A DNA stretch of 64,000 nucleotides from Trypanosoma brucei (taxonomy: Eukaryota). The number at the start of each line of letters is the position of its first letter. The stretch's first letter is position 1. Position numbers and translations under genes: made by a program. Positions 11,498 through 23,470 of this stretch are shown here, in pieces. The DNA lies in the NCBI GenBank assembly GCA_000002445.1, contig CP000067.1, forward strand, positions 1,504,001 to 1,568,000, in the 5' to 3' direction. The notes below the pieces were generated by a model, which was not told where the DNA came from, did no database searches, and saw only the letters and a program-made list of their open reading frames with translations.

Positions 11498-11590
11498 CCC
11501 TAACCCTAACCCTAACCAGATAACCCTAACCCTAACCCTAACCCTAACCCTAACCCTAACCCTAACCCTAACCCTAACCCCCCTAACCTA
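11498..11590 (+). repeat. interstitial telomeric hexamer tract (CCCTAA)~15, i.e. TTAGGG on the minus strand
   Basis: The hexamers are essentially perfect tandem ccctaa units with one interruption (accagataa at 11515-11523). The tract lies ~220 bp 3' of the stop of the VSG at 11810-13360. Confidence 0.9.
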
Positions 11591-11730
11591 CCTGCACAAA
11601 AAAAAAACTCCAAAAAAAACGGGAAAAGAGGAAAAAAAAATTTAAAGTTGCCAGAAATTATTTGTTACAGAATCACAAATTTTTACAAACTTACAAAAAC
11701 ACAGTTCAATTTTTTCGGGGAATTTTTTGG

Positions 11731-11746
11731 GTGTTAAAATATATCA
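11731..11746 (-). promoter_or_regulatory. VSG 3' UTR 16-mer (perfect)
   Basis: gtgttaaaatatatca is the reverse complement of TGATATATTTTAACAC. Confidence 0.8.
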
Positions 11747-11809
11747 GAAAGTTTTTCAAATAGCAAGAATTTTTAGCAAAGTTTTTAAAAAAGGGGGGGA
11801 AAAAATTTT

Positions 11810-13360
11810 TTAAAACAGCAAGGCCACAAAAGCAGCAGAAACCATGCTGAGGGCGAATTTCTTGTTTAAGAGAAAACTGGAAGAGCGGCACTTTTCCTTT
11901 TCTGGTTCTGTTTCCCCATCTTTACCCTTTCTCCATCCACAAACAGGACTAGATTTTCCGGTGTTTTCAGCCTCACATTTAGTTTTCTCAGTATGGCTAG
12001 CACAGTTTGGAGTTGTGGCATCTCCTGTTCCTGCTACCTTGTCTTCTGTTCCTGCTTTAGGTTTGCACTTGTTTTCCTTTTCGTCATGGTCGCAGCCAAG
12101 TTTTTTGCATTCTTCTTTTGTTTGGTTGGTCTTCTGTTTGCAGTGGTGTTGTTTTCCGTCTTCGCCGTCTGTTTTCTTGCTTTGTGTTTCGGTTTGTGCT
12201 GCTGCTGGTTTTCCCATCATGTTGTACCGTGTCGCAGAGTATGCGGTTTGTATTGCGTCTGCTAAAATTTTGATGTGTTTGCTTGATGTCTCTGTGTTTT
12301 TCGCTGCGGCTTCTGCTTTGCGCAGTGCCTTGGCTGCTTTTGCAAGGTGGTTTAGCCAAGGGATGTTTAGGCCGCCTGTGATCGCGCTGTGCTTTCCGCT
12401 GTCGCTGGCGTATATCGCGCATGCTTGGCTGTTCGCCCCGGTGCACGTCCCGAGGTTAACTTTGCCTAAGTAATGTATAACGTCATTTCCTGCGCCTTTG
12501 GCGCTGCGCACCCTGCCTACTATGCGTTGTACTAAGGCTTCTAGGTCGCCTGCCGTGTATTCGGCCGGTTTAAGTGTTTTGCATTTGGCCTTTAATTGTG
12601 ATATGACGCTTTGATCGTTGCCTCCGCTCCACTTTATGGCGATGACTGGGTCTGCGCACTGGTCGCTGGTGTCGGCTGATTGTGTGCCGCAGATACACAT
12701 TACGTCGCCGTAGATAGAAAGGCCCGCGTTCTTTGCGCAGCCGTTTGCGTACGTCGCTGCGTGTTTTATTGTCTTTCCGTCCGTGAACTTTGGTTGCGTT
12801 ACGCCGGTCCCGTAGAGCGCTTGTATCAGCTCGTCTTTGGCTTCGTTTGGGTACGTTTCCGTTGCTTCTGTTGTCGCTGTTTCGAGCGCCGCTTGTTGTT
12901 TTAGTAGCTGTCTTAGGGTTGAGTTTATTTTTTCCGCGGCTGCCTGTAATGCTGGCGCTGAGGCGGGCCGGGGGTTTAGGGTCAGCCACTTACTTTGGCC
13001 AGTGCCGCTGTCAACTGTTTCTTTGTCCTCCACCCATTTATCATAGTCTGCTTCCCAGTGAGATTTGAACGGTTCACCTGTTACTTTTTGCTTTTTTGCT
13101 TCCCAGCTGTTTTTGCTCTTGCCGCCTACGAATATTTCTTGCCAGGTTTCGTCGGCGGCTGACATGTTTAGCGCCCTCGCATGCTTTATTGTCGTTTCGG
13201 CGGAGTCTGCCGTTGTGAGTTTGGTTGGCTCTGCGCCGTCTAGGGCTATTGCGGTGCAAAGCAACTGCAAGTCTGCTGCGTTGTCAGCTTGAAACGACGC
13301 TAGTGCCGGTGAAGTCAACGCTAGTGCGATTAGAAATATCTTGGACCACTGTCCTATCAT
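11810..13360 (-). CDS. VSG: variant surface glycoprotein, intact ORF (516 aa), with telomere-type 3' flank
   Basis: The ORF has a signal peptide (MIGQWSKIFLIALALTSPALA) followed by FQADNAADLQLLC... It has a Cys-rich C-terminal domain ending CRSSSFLLNKKFALSMVSAAFVALLF, the 17-mer-type GPI signal. Confidence 0.85.
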   Translation of the reverse strand: MIGQWSKIFLIALALTSPALASFQADNAADLQLLCTAIALDGAEPTKLTTADSAETTIKHARALNMSAADETWQEIFVGGKSKNSWEAKKQKVTGEPFKSHWEADYDKWVEDKETVDSGTGQSKWLTLNPRPASAPALQAAAEKINSTLRQLLKQQAALETATTEATETYPNEAKDELIQALYGTGVTQPKFTDGKTIKHAATYANGCAKNAGLSIYGDVMCICGTQSADTSDQCADPVIAIKWSGGNDQSVISQLKAKCKTLKPAEYTAGDLEALVQRIVGRVRSAKGAGNDVIHYLGKVNLGTCTGANSQACAIYASDSGKHSAITGGLNIPWLNHLAKAAKALRKAEAAAKNTETSSKHIKILADAIQTAYSATRYNMMGKPAAAQTETQSKKTDGEDGKQHHCKQKTNQTKEECKKLGCDHDEKENKCKPKAGTEDKVAGTGDATTPNCASHTEKTKCEAENTGKSSPVCGWRKGKDGETEPEKEKCRSSSFLLNKKFALSMVSAAFVALLF

Positions 13361-14555
13361 CTGTCAGTTACAAGTCTTATCAGTTTGTAAGTGGGAGAGA
13401 TTGGTGTTGTGGCGTGTCAGTTGTCACAGCTTGACTTGATCAGGGTTCCGATAGATTATAAAACAATTTTTTTATCAATGCGCTTTGCAACTGGGTTGGG
13501 CTTAATCTTTTCTTTGTTTCTGCCTCTTCTTATGGCGTCAGTCGGTTTTGCTTTGCTGTAATATCCTTCCTGTGACTTGGGTTGCTCCTTACTGAATAAC
13601 CACACGTGCCTCCTTCAAATGCAAAATCCTCTGCAAAAACGTCTGCTGTCCTGCTTTTCTGATCGGCAGTACGCTGCATTGCCGTTCTGCATGTCCTCGA
13701 TTCAGCAGTCATTTCGATGGGTTTGTCATGTGTAGTTTTTTCCGACAGATTTTAAGTTTTGCAACGTGTCGGATGAGAAACATAGGAGATTTATTAAAAA
13801 TACACTTGCTTTATATGAAGAATCTTCACTTTAACGTCTAACGGATACCACTTTATATATATCTTAAATCTTTGATATTTATTCTAACTGTGCTCATGTT
13901 TCAAGGTCAATCCTGTTAGTTAGAGTCATGTGCAATCATGTTAAAACGGTGCTGCTTTCCACGTACGCTTCACTCCGACCATGACGCATCGCTATCCTGG
14001 TCTATCGCCGATCTATATCTCCTATTGTTCGAGAATTACAGTCCTTCCTGCATTATTTTGCTTTGATAGTTTCTGATGCGTTACATAAACACCACATCAG
14101 TGTATGTTCTCATATAAATTACTCGTTAGTTGGAAACTGTAGCCGGTTCTCTTCTACACAAATATGGTGGTGGTAGTGCATAATCGTTAACTTTATCTTC
14201 CCTATTAAAATCCTCTGCCGTGGCCCATCTGCAATTTTTTACTCTTCTGGTGCGTACTTTTGGTTTGTCTTTTTTCAGTCGCCTTCCCCTTTGGTATAGC
14301 TGCGTCTGAAAACTGTCCAAAGCTTCTACGATCGGGTCGGTTGCTGCCTCTTTGACAGCAGCCCCATGTTCTTTCGCTTAATGATTGATCGTTCTTTTCT
14401 CCGTTCGAGAGCGCGTATAATTCATTAATTTCTTCCATTACACTTTTTATTGTTATTTATGTTAGCGCTGCCACAGTCTTTCTCGGTCATTTACTATTAT
14501 TGTACATATTCGCTATTTTTTTTGCTTCTACTTTGCAAAGAGATTTGGTTCTTAC

Positions 14556-14700
14556 CATTATTATTAAAATATTCGTATACACACACTCACAACACACTCC
14601 TATTATTATTATCATTATCATTATTATTACTGCTTACATTATAATAGTCGTATACATACACTCACAACATGTTCCCCTACTACTATCTTTATTATAACCA
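14556..14700 (-). repeat. two tandem 70-bp repeats
   Basis: Two copies of tatacacacactcacaacacactcctattattattatcattatcattattattac ... tatacatacactcacaacatgttcc. Confidence 0.7.
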
Positions 14701-14958
14701 TAACAAATAGCTTTGAAAGAACAAAAATTAAAGAATAAATAAAACAAGAATAGTAATCGTTTTTTTATACTATAACGTCCTTTACTACTTTTTATCCGTA
14801 GGTAAAAGCTATTTACATTTTACTGAAATTTAAATGATTCGCTCATTTCCAAAAAAATGTTAAAACTGTATAAATTGAAGTAAATTTTAGAAAATAATCT
14901 CAAAATGATATATTCATAAATTTCAGTAAATAGAGCAAAGATATTTTAAATTTATTTA

Positions 14959-16372
14959 TTATAGAACCAAAAATGCAAGAAAAATAGGAGCCTTGTTAAT
15001 GACAAATGAATTGCTTCCTGTGGTGTTTGTGCTTGTTGTTTTTCCATTTTCCCTATCTTTCTTTTCTGTCTTTTCTTCAGGTTTTGGAAAGCATTTTGGT
15101 GTCTTTGTTTCATCGAATTCACAACCCGTCTCCCCTGTGCAGTCTTTTCTGGTGCTATGTTTGCCACAATTATCTTTGTTTTTGTTGTTTGAGTTGTCGC
15201 CACTTCCTTTGCACGTTTTGTCTGGAGATACTGTTTGCAAGAACTTGCTGTTTCTCAGTTCGGCATAGTGCGCTAAAAGGCCGCAGATGTCTCCAACGTT
15301 GGTTAAACTTTCTATCGTTGTGTCGTCTTCTGCTGCTGTGGTAGGGTTTATTACTTTATCCTCTCTGGCTTTCTCCCAAGCTTGCCATGCCTTTGCATCG
15401 TCGTCACCAAACCAGGTCGTTTTTAGGTTGGCTGTTTGGGGGTCGAGATCTTTTGTTTTTTTACCTTCTCTTGCCGATAAAATTTTCTTTAACGCTTCCA
15501 TTGCGGTAGCGGAAGCGGCTAGTCTTTTTATTGTGACTTCGTCAATTTTTGTTTGCGGCGCGTGCTGGAGATTTATTGCCGCTTGGGTGGCTGTATGAAC
15601 GCGCTGAAAAAAAAGTAGTATCGGTGGTGTGGCCTGGCGGCTTTATGTTGGCTAAGGCTTGCCCTATGGGTTGCTGGGTAGCGGTCGCCCCTATTAGCCC
15701 AAATGCGAGTTGCGCCTTGCCTGTGTTGCCAGTTAAAATGCCGGGGCTGGCTGTTTGACTTACTGTTGTCTCGAAAAATCCACACTGGCTCCGCGTTCCT
15801 TGGCCTGTAGCGGCTGCTGCTCCTGTTATTGTGGGGAACCCATTGGCATTTACTATGCTAGAGCTTATTATCCCGTCGCCTTCGTGTTGTGGAATGTTGA
15901 GCTCCTGGCATTGTGTTGCTGCTACTTCCGCCTTGCCATCGGCGTTGCCGTTATTGTTTGCGAGAAAGTAGTTGGTCGTCCCTGCGGCATGGTATAGCGT
16001 GTCGACTGCTGAGGTAATCGCCCCAGAAAGTTCACTGGTGTATGCTGTTGCGTCTAGAGCTGCTTTGAGATTTTGCTGTGTATAAGTGTTCCTTGTCTTT
16101 TTCTCCGCCGCCGCTGCTGCGGAAATGGCCCTCAGTGTCGCTGCTTCTTTTGTCAGAGCGTTTTTTTCATTGTACAGTGTTATCTTGGCTATTAGTAAAT
16201 CCAGCGTGTCGGATGCAATCATGTGAGTCGCTAGTTTTGTATTAAGTGCTTTGCCGGTTTTCCTCAGCTCCCGAACCAGCTGGCATTGGGGTATCCAGAC
16301 GGTTCCTTTTAGCGCGTAGTTAGTTGCATGTGCAAGTTTAGCTGTTGCACAGATCTGAGTTAGGAGTAGCAA
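14959..16372 (-). pseudogene. VSG: VSG pseudogene (single frameshift near 15501-15542)
   Basis: The N-terminal ORF 15542-16372 begins with a signal peptide (MLLLTQICATAKLAHA). The C-terminal ORF 14959-15501 ends TNTTGSNSFVINKAPIFLAFLVL. The two ORFs are in different frames. Confidence 0.8.
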
Positions 16373-16980
16373 CTATAATAGCATCCCCTTTTTGTGCTGT
16401 TTTCCTGGTGCTGTTGAATCGTGGCCTTTTTTGCTTCCTAGTACACTATTTTTTTTTTAATTACGTGACTAGATGGTAATCAGCTGCTATAAATAAATTA
16501 AGTGACAGGTTTCGATGGGAAGTTGGACGGCGATGCTGATGGCTGATGCTTTGTTTGCACATTGTTGCCATACTGTCGTTGCAGTCACGTTTTTCTCGTT
16601 TGCTTCCGGCGAGTCAGCTTCTGTCAACAGCTTTGTTGGCGCCACTATAACTCCAGTAACAACCACGGTGACTGGATCATCTGCGTTTGTCTTGTTTCTT
16701 ATATTGAAAATACACTACAGTCGGTGAAATTCAAACGTAGCCTGGCATTAATCAAGGTTAGAATTCACTATCGAGTTAAAACCTACAGTCAGCATTATCT
16801 CCTTTTGCATAATTGTGGTAATAATCTAATTTGTTTTTAGATATCCGTATATTCTACCTTCATTTTCTTTCTCCGTTACCTTTAATAGTGCTCATCATGT
16901 TCTCCCCACTCACTCCCTCGATGTCATTGCACCCTTGAAGTTCGATGAAGTGTTTCGACTGTATCTTTCCATTTTTGACC

Positions 16981-17095
16981 ACTATTATTATAATACTAGT
17001 ATATATACACTCACAGCACTCTTCTATTATTATCATTATCATCATTATTATTATTAATAATAATAATAATTATTATTATTATTTATAACATACAT
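16981..17095 (-). repeat. 70-bp repeat with extended TAA/TTA triplet run
   Basis: tatatacactcacagcactcttctattattatcattatcatcattattattattaataataataataattattattattatt. Confidence 0.7.
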
Positions 17096-17319
17096 GAAAA
17101 GCAAAAAAATTATAAGAGAACTCACTTTTTACAGCGTTTCACCATCCTACTTTACACCCACATACCACTATGATACACATATTATTGAAAAATTTTTAAT
17201 TTTTTCTAATTTGCATATTTTCATCAAAAAGTGTTAATATATATTACAATTTTAGATAATTTTTCTCAAATTATCATATTTCACTATTTCTTGAAATTGA
17301 GCAGAAATTTTTAGAAAAT

Positions 17320-18795
17320 TTAATTAAAAAGCAAAAATGCAAGCCAAAGAGGCGAATCTTTGATGACAAAAGAATTTCTTCCTGTGGTGTTCGTTTTACC
17401 ATCTTTATTTGTTTCTTTGCTTTCTGCCGCTTTTACCGCTTCCTTCTTGCCTTCCTTACTCAAGGTGCACTTTTTGTCCCTGTCGCCGTCTTTGTTGAAA
17501 ACACATCCCTGGTCCTTTAGCTTTTCACACCCATCTTGTTTGTCCTTGCCTTTGGTATTGCATTCTTTTTCCTTCTCTTCTGCTGATTTTGTAGCCGTCT
17601 TGGCTTCTGCCTCTCGAGGTTTTTTCGCGGTGTCAGCCAGTTTCTGCTTGTTCAAGTCCGAGTAGTAAAAGTACAAGCGCACCAGCTCGCTTATGTCGGT
17701 TATTTGGCCTAGGCTTTTGGCATCTGTGTTGTCTGTTAGTATGCCTGCGATAGGCATATTGTTTACGTTGGTTGATATTAATTTGTTGATGCTCTCGTCA
17801 CTACCAAAAGCTTTCTTGACCTTTGCTGCCAATGTGGTATCGCTGTCATCGGCTGTTTCCTTTTTACCAAGAATGTGTCTGCGAGCTGCCTTTTTGAAAT
17901 CTGTTGAGGCTAAGGCAGTATCTGCTGTCGTGAGGTCCGCTGCTTTAGGCGTTTGCTTGCTCCGCTTTGCGGCTGTTGCTGCTGCTTTTAGGTAGGGGTG
18001 TTCGTCGTCCCCCATCACGTTCGCCAGGGCTATTGTTCTAATGCCGTTGGCTGCGTCTAGGCTTATTATCCCTGCGGCCATTTTGGGCTTGTTCCCCGAT
18101 GTGTCGACGCTGGTACCGTCGTTGTTCAGTTTAAAACCGCTTGCGGCCGAATTGATGTTGCATTTTCTGTCTCCGCTTGTGAACTTGTTGTGCGCTATGG
18201 CATTTGCAAATTTTCCGCCTAGTCCCGTTTTCGTTATGGCTGTCACTGTGCCGTCGTACGTGGTTACTGTTTCCCAGCTGAGCTGACAGTTTGGGTTTGC
18301 TTCTACGACCGCGCTGAACCCTGCTAATGCGTTGCTTCCAGACTCGTTATCGCCGATGCAGCCGTTTGCTGAGGTTGATCCGTCTGCTTGTACAGACATG
18401 AATTCGTGCGTTGCTCCGTGCAACCTGCCGGCGTCTCGGGCTGTTGTTACGTCTGTTGCTACACTTGTTGATGAGTAGTATTCTAGGTTTTCTGCTGTTT
18501 GGCCGGCTAGGAAAGCTGCTGCTTTTCCCTGCACTTTCGTCGCTGCACTGGTTGAGTTGCCTTCGATGTAGATTAAGGTGCGTAAGAGTGCTTTTATGTC
18601 AGCCGCCACTTGCAATCCAGGCGCTCGAATATTCGTTAGCGCCAATCCTGCTAGGTTGCCTGCGTCAGCGGTTACTTTGCATATTGCTTGCCAGTTTGCT
18701 TTCTTGATGACGTTTCCCGCTGTCGCTTCGCCTGGTCGTGGTGATGTTACTGAAGCGATTAGAAGCGGCAGGGCTAACCCTAACTTTGGTGGCAT
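17320..18795 (-). CDS. VSG: variant surface glycoprotein, intact ORF (491 aa)
   Basis: The ORF has a signal peptide (MPPKLGLALPLLIASVTSPRPGEA). Its C-terminal domain (KEKECNTKGKDKQDGCEKLKDQGCVFNKDGDRDKKCTLSKEGKKEA) ends TNTTGRNSFVIKDSPLWLAFLLFN. Confidence 0.85.
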   Translation of the reverse strand: MPPKLGLALPLLIASVTSPRPGEATAGNVIKKANWQAICKVTADAGNLAGLALTNIRAPGLQVAADIKALLRTLIYIEGNSTSAATKVQGKAAAFLAGQTAENLEYYSSTSVATDVTTARDAGRLHGATHEFMSVQADGSTSANGCIGDNESGSNALAGFSAVVEANPNCQLSWETVTTYDGTVTAITKTGLGGKFANAIAHNKFTSGDRKCNINSAASGFKLNNDGTSVDTSGNKPKMAAGIISLDAANGIRTIALANVMGDDEHPYLKAAATAAKRSKQTPKAADLTTADTALASTDFKKAARRHILGKKETADDSDTTLAAKVKKAFGSDESINKLISTNVNNMPIAGILTDNTDAKSLGQITDISELVRLYFYYSDLNKQKLADTAKKPREAEAKTATKSAEEKEKECNTKGKDKQDGCEKLKDQGCVFNKDGDRDKKCTLSKEGKKEAVKAAESKETNKDGKTNTTGRNSFVIKDSPLWLAFLLFN

Positions 18796-21046
18796 TCGTT
18801 TTATTGCTAAACAAGTGCGCGGCTAAAGGTATATAATCAATTTTCTGAAATTGAAATACTTAAATTGGCGTTACCATTGCAGTGGCTTGGTGTTCCTTGT
18901 TTTACGCAATACGTGCACTAGTTTCTGTTGTCGATTACATCGAAATAGTTTAATCACGCACCGTTTTTCATTGGTAGTTTTAAAGGTCAGAACTCTTTCC
19001 TACTGACTAGTGCCGCCACTGCTGACTACATCTTCGCTGCACTCTCCACTAGAAGATGATTACCTAATAGGGACGTTACTGGTACGTTCTTTTCGATTTT
19101 CTTTTTGTGACGGACGACGTAGGTCCATTTTACGTGCACGACAGGCACGAAGAGATCGTCCACCCATTTGGCTGCACTCCGGGCTGCTCAATCAGCGCCA
19201 GCGTCATCATCAACAGCCGGTGAATGATTAAAATTTATCCTTTGTGCCTTACTTCTCACCTGGAAAGTTAGCTCAAGGATTAAGGGCGGCGCTATAAATA
19301 AACAGCCGGACGCCTGACCGCTCCCACGTAAAAAGAAACAACCTGTGGAAAAATGGAAATATACAAAATTTGGTCGCTTCATTGTTTCGTGTCAAACGAT
19401 TCTATGTTTTTCACCTTTGTTTGTAAGGGCCTAGACGTAATAAAGAACGCCGTTAAGTTCAACAATGTTCACTTTTTACTGTGAAAGAGGTTCATCCAAA
19501 TTTTAAAGATATATCATTTACGCGTTGCAATGGTCTTTATCTGGTTACACTTTACGGCTCTCGTTTTGTTTCAGAATGAAAATTTAACCGCGTTAAAAAT
19601 GATCACAACGCTGGTTCGTCTGATTCTTCCTTCCATTCCTGGTTTATTTGTATCCTCCGGCGTTTAAACGTTGCTACTTTGCCTCCTGAAAGTTCCTTCG
19701 TTTCTGCCATTGTCTTACCTTATGTTCCACTTCAACTTGCGGCTACCGACCACTTTTATATGAATTTCTCGCTCCTTCATAGGTTTTAGTGTCTGACTAG
19801 TATACCAAAAACAAATTGGAGGAATATCACCATTGAATTTCTACACTTTATAGAGATATTCTATGTGTTCATATGCACCATTTCCAGAAGGATTCGTATT
19901 TTTATTCTTTTGCTGCTCGCCAAAGTAATTCATTAGTATTTATAGTTTTAAAAATATTTTCTTACTATAATATTATATTTGTTTCACAAATATTGGCCAT
20001 TATTACTATATTTAATGAGTGGATGACTTAGAAATTACCCCACACTTAACCCAAAGCCTCTTTTCCGTTGCCACTGCTTCTGTTTTTCAGATCTCTTCAC
20101 CACTGGATATTAGGGTCATGTTTAATCTACAGTCGCAACCATCACCTCTTTTGTTGCATCTATACATTTTCGAGTGGAAATGTGGGACATCTGTGGCCTT
20201 TCCAGTATTATTTTATTGTGTAGCCCTCTGGATTTTTGGATATACTTTCATTTAATTTTTTATTTTTCAGATTTTAAAAATTAAATGTCTCTTTAACTGC
20301 GTGTAACGTTGCGACCCATTTGGACTGCACACTAGACTTTCTCTCTTGACATGACGTTCACCTTATTATCTCCTTTAGTAAGGTCATTCCCACAGTCATA
20401 TCGTTACTTGAAACTGCGTATATTCCGTCTCCATTTTTTCCTATTGTCCTTCTGCACTTTCTTTGAAAATGTTCATCTTGCTATTTTTCACACCAACTCA
20501 CTTAAACCAACTTTACCCTTGTCATTGACTCAGGCACTTTTTTTCTCGTCTCTTTGGTAGTAATCACCACTGCTGTTGTTTTAATATTACTACGTACACA
20601 ATTGCAACATACTGCTGCCATTATCCTCATTTTTTATTATTACTGTTACTATTATTGCCATGACTACTATAAATGTAATAAATGCAATAAAATAGGTTGG
20701 TAAATTTCGTCAATAGCAATAATTTTTCAAATCCTACACGCCTTTTAAGTTTCACTTATAGTCAACTTTCTCATACATTTTTTTTAAAATCATATTTTAG
20801 ATATTATATATATATATATTCTATACATTTTATAATTTTCATATTGTCTCGAAAATTCTCAAAATTTCAACAATTTGCACATTTAATTAAAAAAGAGTTA
20901 ACATATATCAAATGTTATAAATTTTAGAAATTTTAGAAAATATTCTTAAAATGCTATAATTATAGAATGCCAAAAAGTTCACAAAAGCAACAGTAACCAA
21001 AGACAATTAGAGTACATTTCTTATTTGAAAGAGTAATGGAATTTTT

Positions 21047-22398
21047 TCAAGGTTTTTCTTTACACTTACAGCCCGGAGATTTACACTCGTATTTTTTCTT
21101 TCCCTTGCATTTTTGTAGAAGTTTGGGTTCCTCAGATATTTTATTGCATTCTGTTTCTGGTGATTTTCCTTTTTGGTCTGCTAGTTCATTTTTGAGTTTA
21201 GTTATTTTCTCCGCTTCCTGTTTTTGTCTTGCTGCCGCTTTGGCTTCGTTATAAGCTAAAAGGCCTTCTAGTACTTCCGACGTTGTTAAAGAGTTCAGCT
21301 CCGTTGTCTAACCGTAATCTTTTTCCGGGTTCACAACCCTGGTTGTTTTGAGTTGCGTCCACAGTTTGTCTGTTTCTTCGTTGTTTTCTCCGATGTTTTG
21401 CTTGTACTCGGCATCGATGTCATCTTTTACCGATTTTGGCGATGTGTTGTTCGCCGCTGCTAAAAAGTTTCTGATGTGTTGTTCGACGGACGTTTTGCTT
21501 CCTAGCGCAATTAGAGTTTTTTGAATACTTCCGTTACCTGGACGACCGGTTTCGTGAAAAAAATCTTTCGTTGCTGTGTGCAAGTCCTTCCAGAATTTAT
21601 TGATTCCTCCACCAACCGCTGTTTCGATGTTGGTTATTGCCGGTGTAGTGGGATCCGAGGCTGCGTTTAATTTGAAAAGCCCATTAATTTTTTGACCTTA
21701 TCGATTTTTGGAGTGCCTGTTGGGAATCCAGTGTTGGTCTCCTGATTGGCGGTTCCAGTGAAAAAACCGAACTTAGTCTTAGTCGCATTGCCGTCTGGTG
21801 TCGAGATCGGGTCCCCATCCTCGAATACGGTTTGAATTAGCTCATTAGAGTGGTGGAAAGTGCCTGCTTCGAAGTCTGCGGCTGCTGCGTGCGCACACCC
21901 TTCGGTCTCTGTAGGGCCTGCGGCGTCGGTACTGTCAGGTGGGCCTGTCACGTAATAGGCTGTTTTTGCGTTGTTTATGCTCTCTAGCATTTCGTAGAAG
22001 TCCGTTATTAAAGCTGATGCAGCGTGGCCGTAGCTTGAAGCCTTGATCGCTTTCTAGGCTTTTGCTAGAGGTTGTTGTTGCAGCGTTGAGGCTTTATGAC
22101 CAGCTGCTGCCACCAGGATCGTTGCTGTTTCTTGCTTAGTCTGGCTTTCATGTAAGGCGTAGATTTTGAGTCTGAGACTAAGGATATGAAGGTTTTGGAT
22201 GTTGGTTGCGCGTGAGGTGAATGATGAAACTGATGCTTTAGACGTCGATCTAACGGTCCTTGCTGGTTTGTAGTATCGTACCAAAAGTGTATGTTTAATA
22301 CCTTTGTTGTTTGCTGTGACTACTGCTGCAGCGGCGAGTATAAATGTTATAGCCCTTGCTGTAGATTGCGTCGTTTTGCGTACATACATTTTTTTCAT
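21047..22398 (-). pseudogene. VSG: VSG pseudogene (multiple frame breaks)
   Basis: Minus-strand ORFs 22054-22398 (signal-like MKKMYVRK...AITFILAAAAVVTA), 21667-21990 and 21308-21583, plus a C-terminal piece ...CKGKKKYECKSPGCKCKEKP, are spread across frames. The 16-mer-like gagttaacatatatca at 20895-20910 is downstream. Confidence 0.65.
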
Positions 22399-23399
22399 GG
22401 GTTTGCCGTTTTATTATGTTTTTAGGTTTACGTATTCGCGTATACTGTGCTTTAATATCCCAGGGAGAATTTTTGTGAATGTTGTGAGGGCTCTGCTACC
22501 GCGTGCGCACTAGAGAGCTTTTGCACGACAACGTTACAGGCTTTAGCTATAGAAACTGGCCGTTCTGTTTAGCTGGTCGGTTCAGAAAGATTTGTGGAGT
22601 TCCGCGTCGACGGAGTAGCTCATTTCAAGTAAAGAGGAAATGAAATTCAGAATGCCACCCGATTTACTTTTGCAGAAGTATATACAAAAAGTCACGTAGT
22701 TAAGTATAAGAATATTCACTCTTAATTGCAGTTACTGTATGCATTTCTTCCGCTCCGACTACTGTACGGATGCATCTTCGACGACGATATAACACCAACA
22801 CTTCTGTGTTGCGCATGCTCTTGAGCATGTCCCGTTTTTATGCTTAGTTAATGCTGCTGTTTTCTTCTATTGTTCTGAAATGGAAGTCCTGCATGCACTA
22901 TTTTTTGAAAGTTTCTTGATGTGCTACATCAATGCTCTGTCCGTATGTGTTCTTATGTGAATTATCGCTCCTCAAAAGGGTTAAATGGTTTGTTTTTGAG
23001 GCAGCAGTACAGAGGCGGTATATCGTCTGAAACTTTCTCTACTTCATAAAACTCATCTGTGACTCTTAGAAGCGCCTATTTCGTCATTTCTATCTGTAAT
23101 TCCCTGCCTTGGTACGAAGCAGCTTCTCCTTCCGTTGCTGCGGGTAATAAAATGAGTCCATTCTTACTGACCGATGAATTCCGTATTCTCACAGTATCCA
23201 TTTCCTTCTTCTTCTTCCGTACGATGATCATATCGGTCTTCCACTCTGCACAGGACACTCCATATAATCTAATTTCCAATCTTAATTATCGTTCATAATA
23301 TTCCCCTTGCTCCTCTCCCGTTAATTTTTACTGATTCTCACGGCTCACTAGCTATTACTTTAAATTCCCTTTATTAAACCGTAAATATACTTTGCGTAA

Positions 23400-23470
23400 T
23401 CACTTTAGTTATACTATTCGTATATACACATTCATAATACACTCCTAATATTATCGCTACTATTGTAAAA
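23400..23470 (-). repeat. 70-bp-repeat-type element
   Basis: tatacacattcataatacactcctaatattatcgctactattg. Confidence 0.45.

Noticed and set aside
18770-18790. The telomere-like string gctaaccctaactttgg
   Set aside because: It lies inside the signal-peptide region of the intact VSG 17320-18795 (encoding part of MPPKLGLALPLL). A single ccctaa-like pair is expected by chance and does not form a hexamer array.
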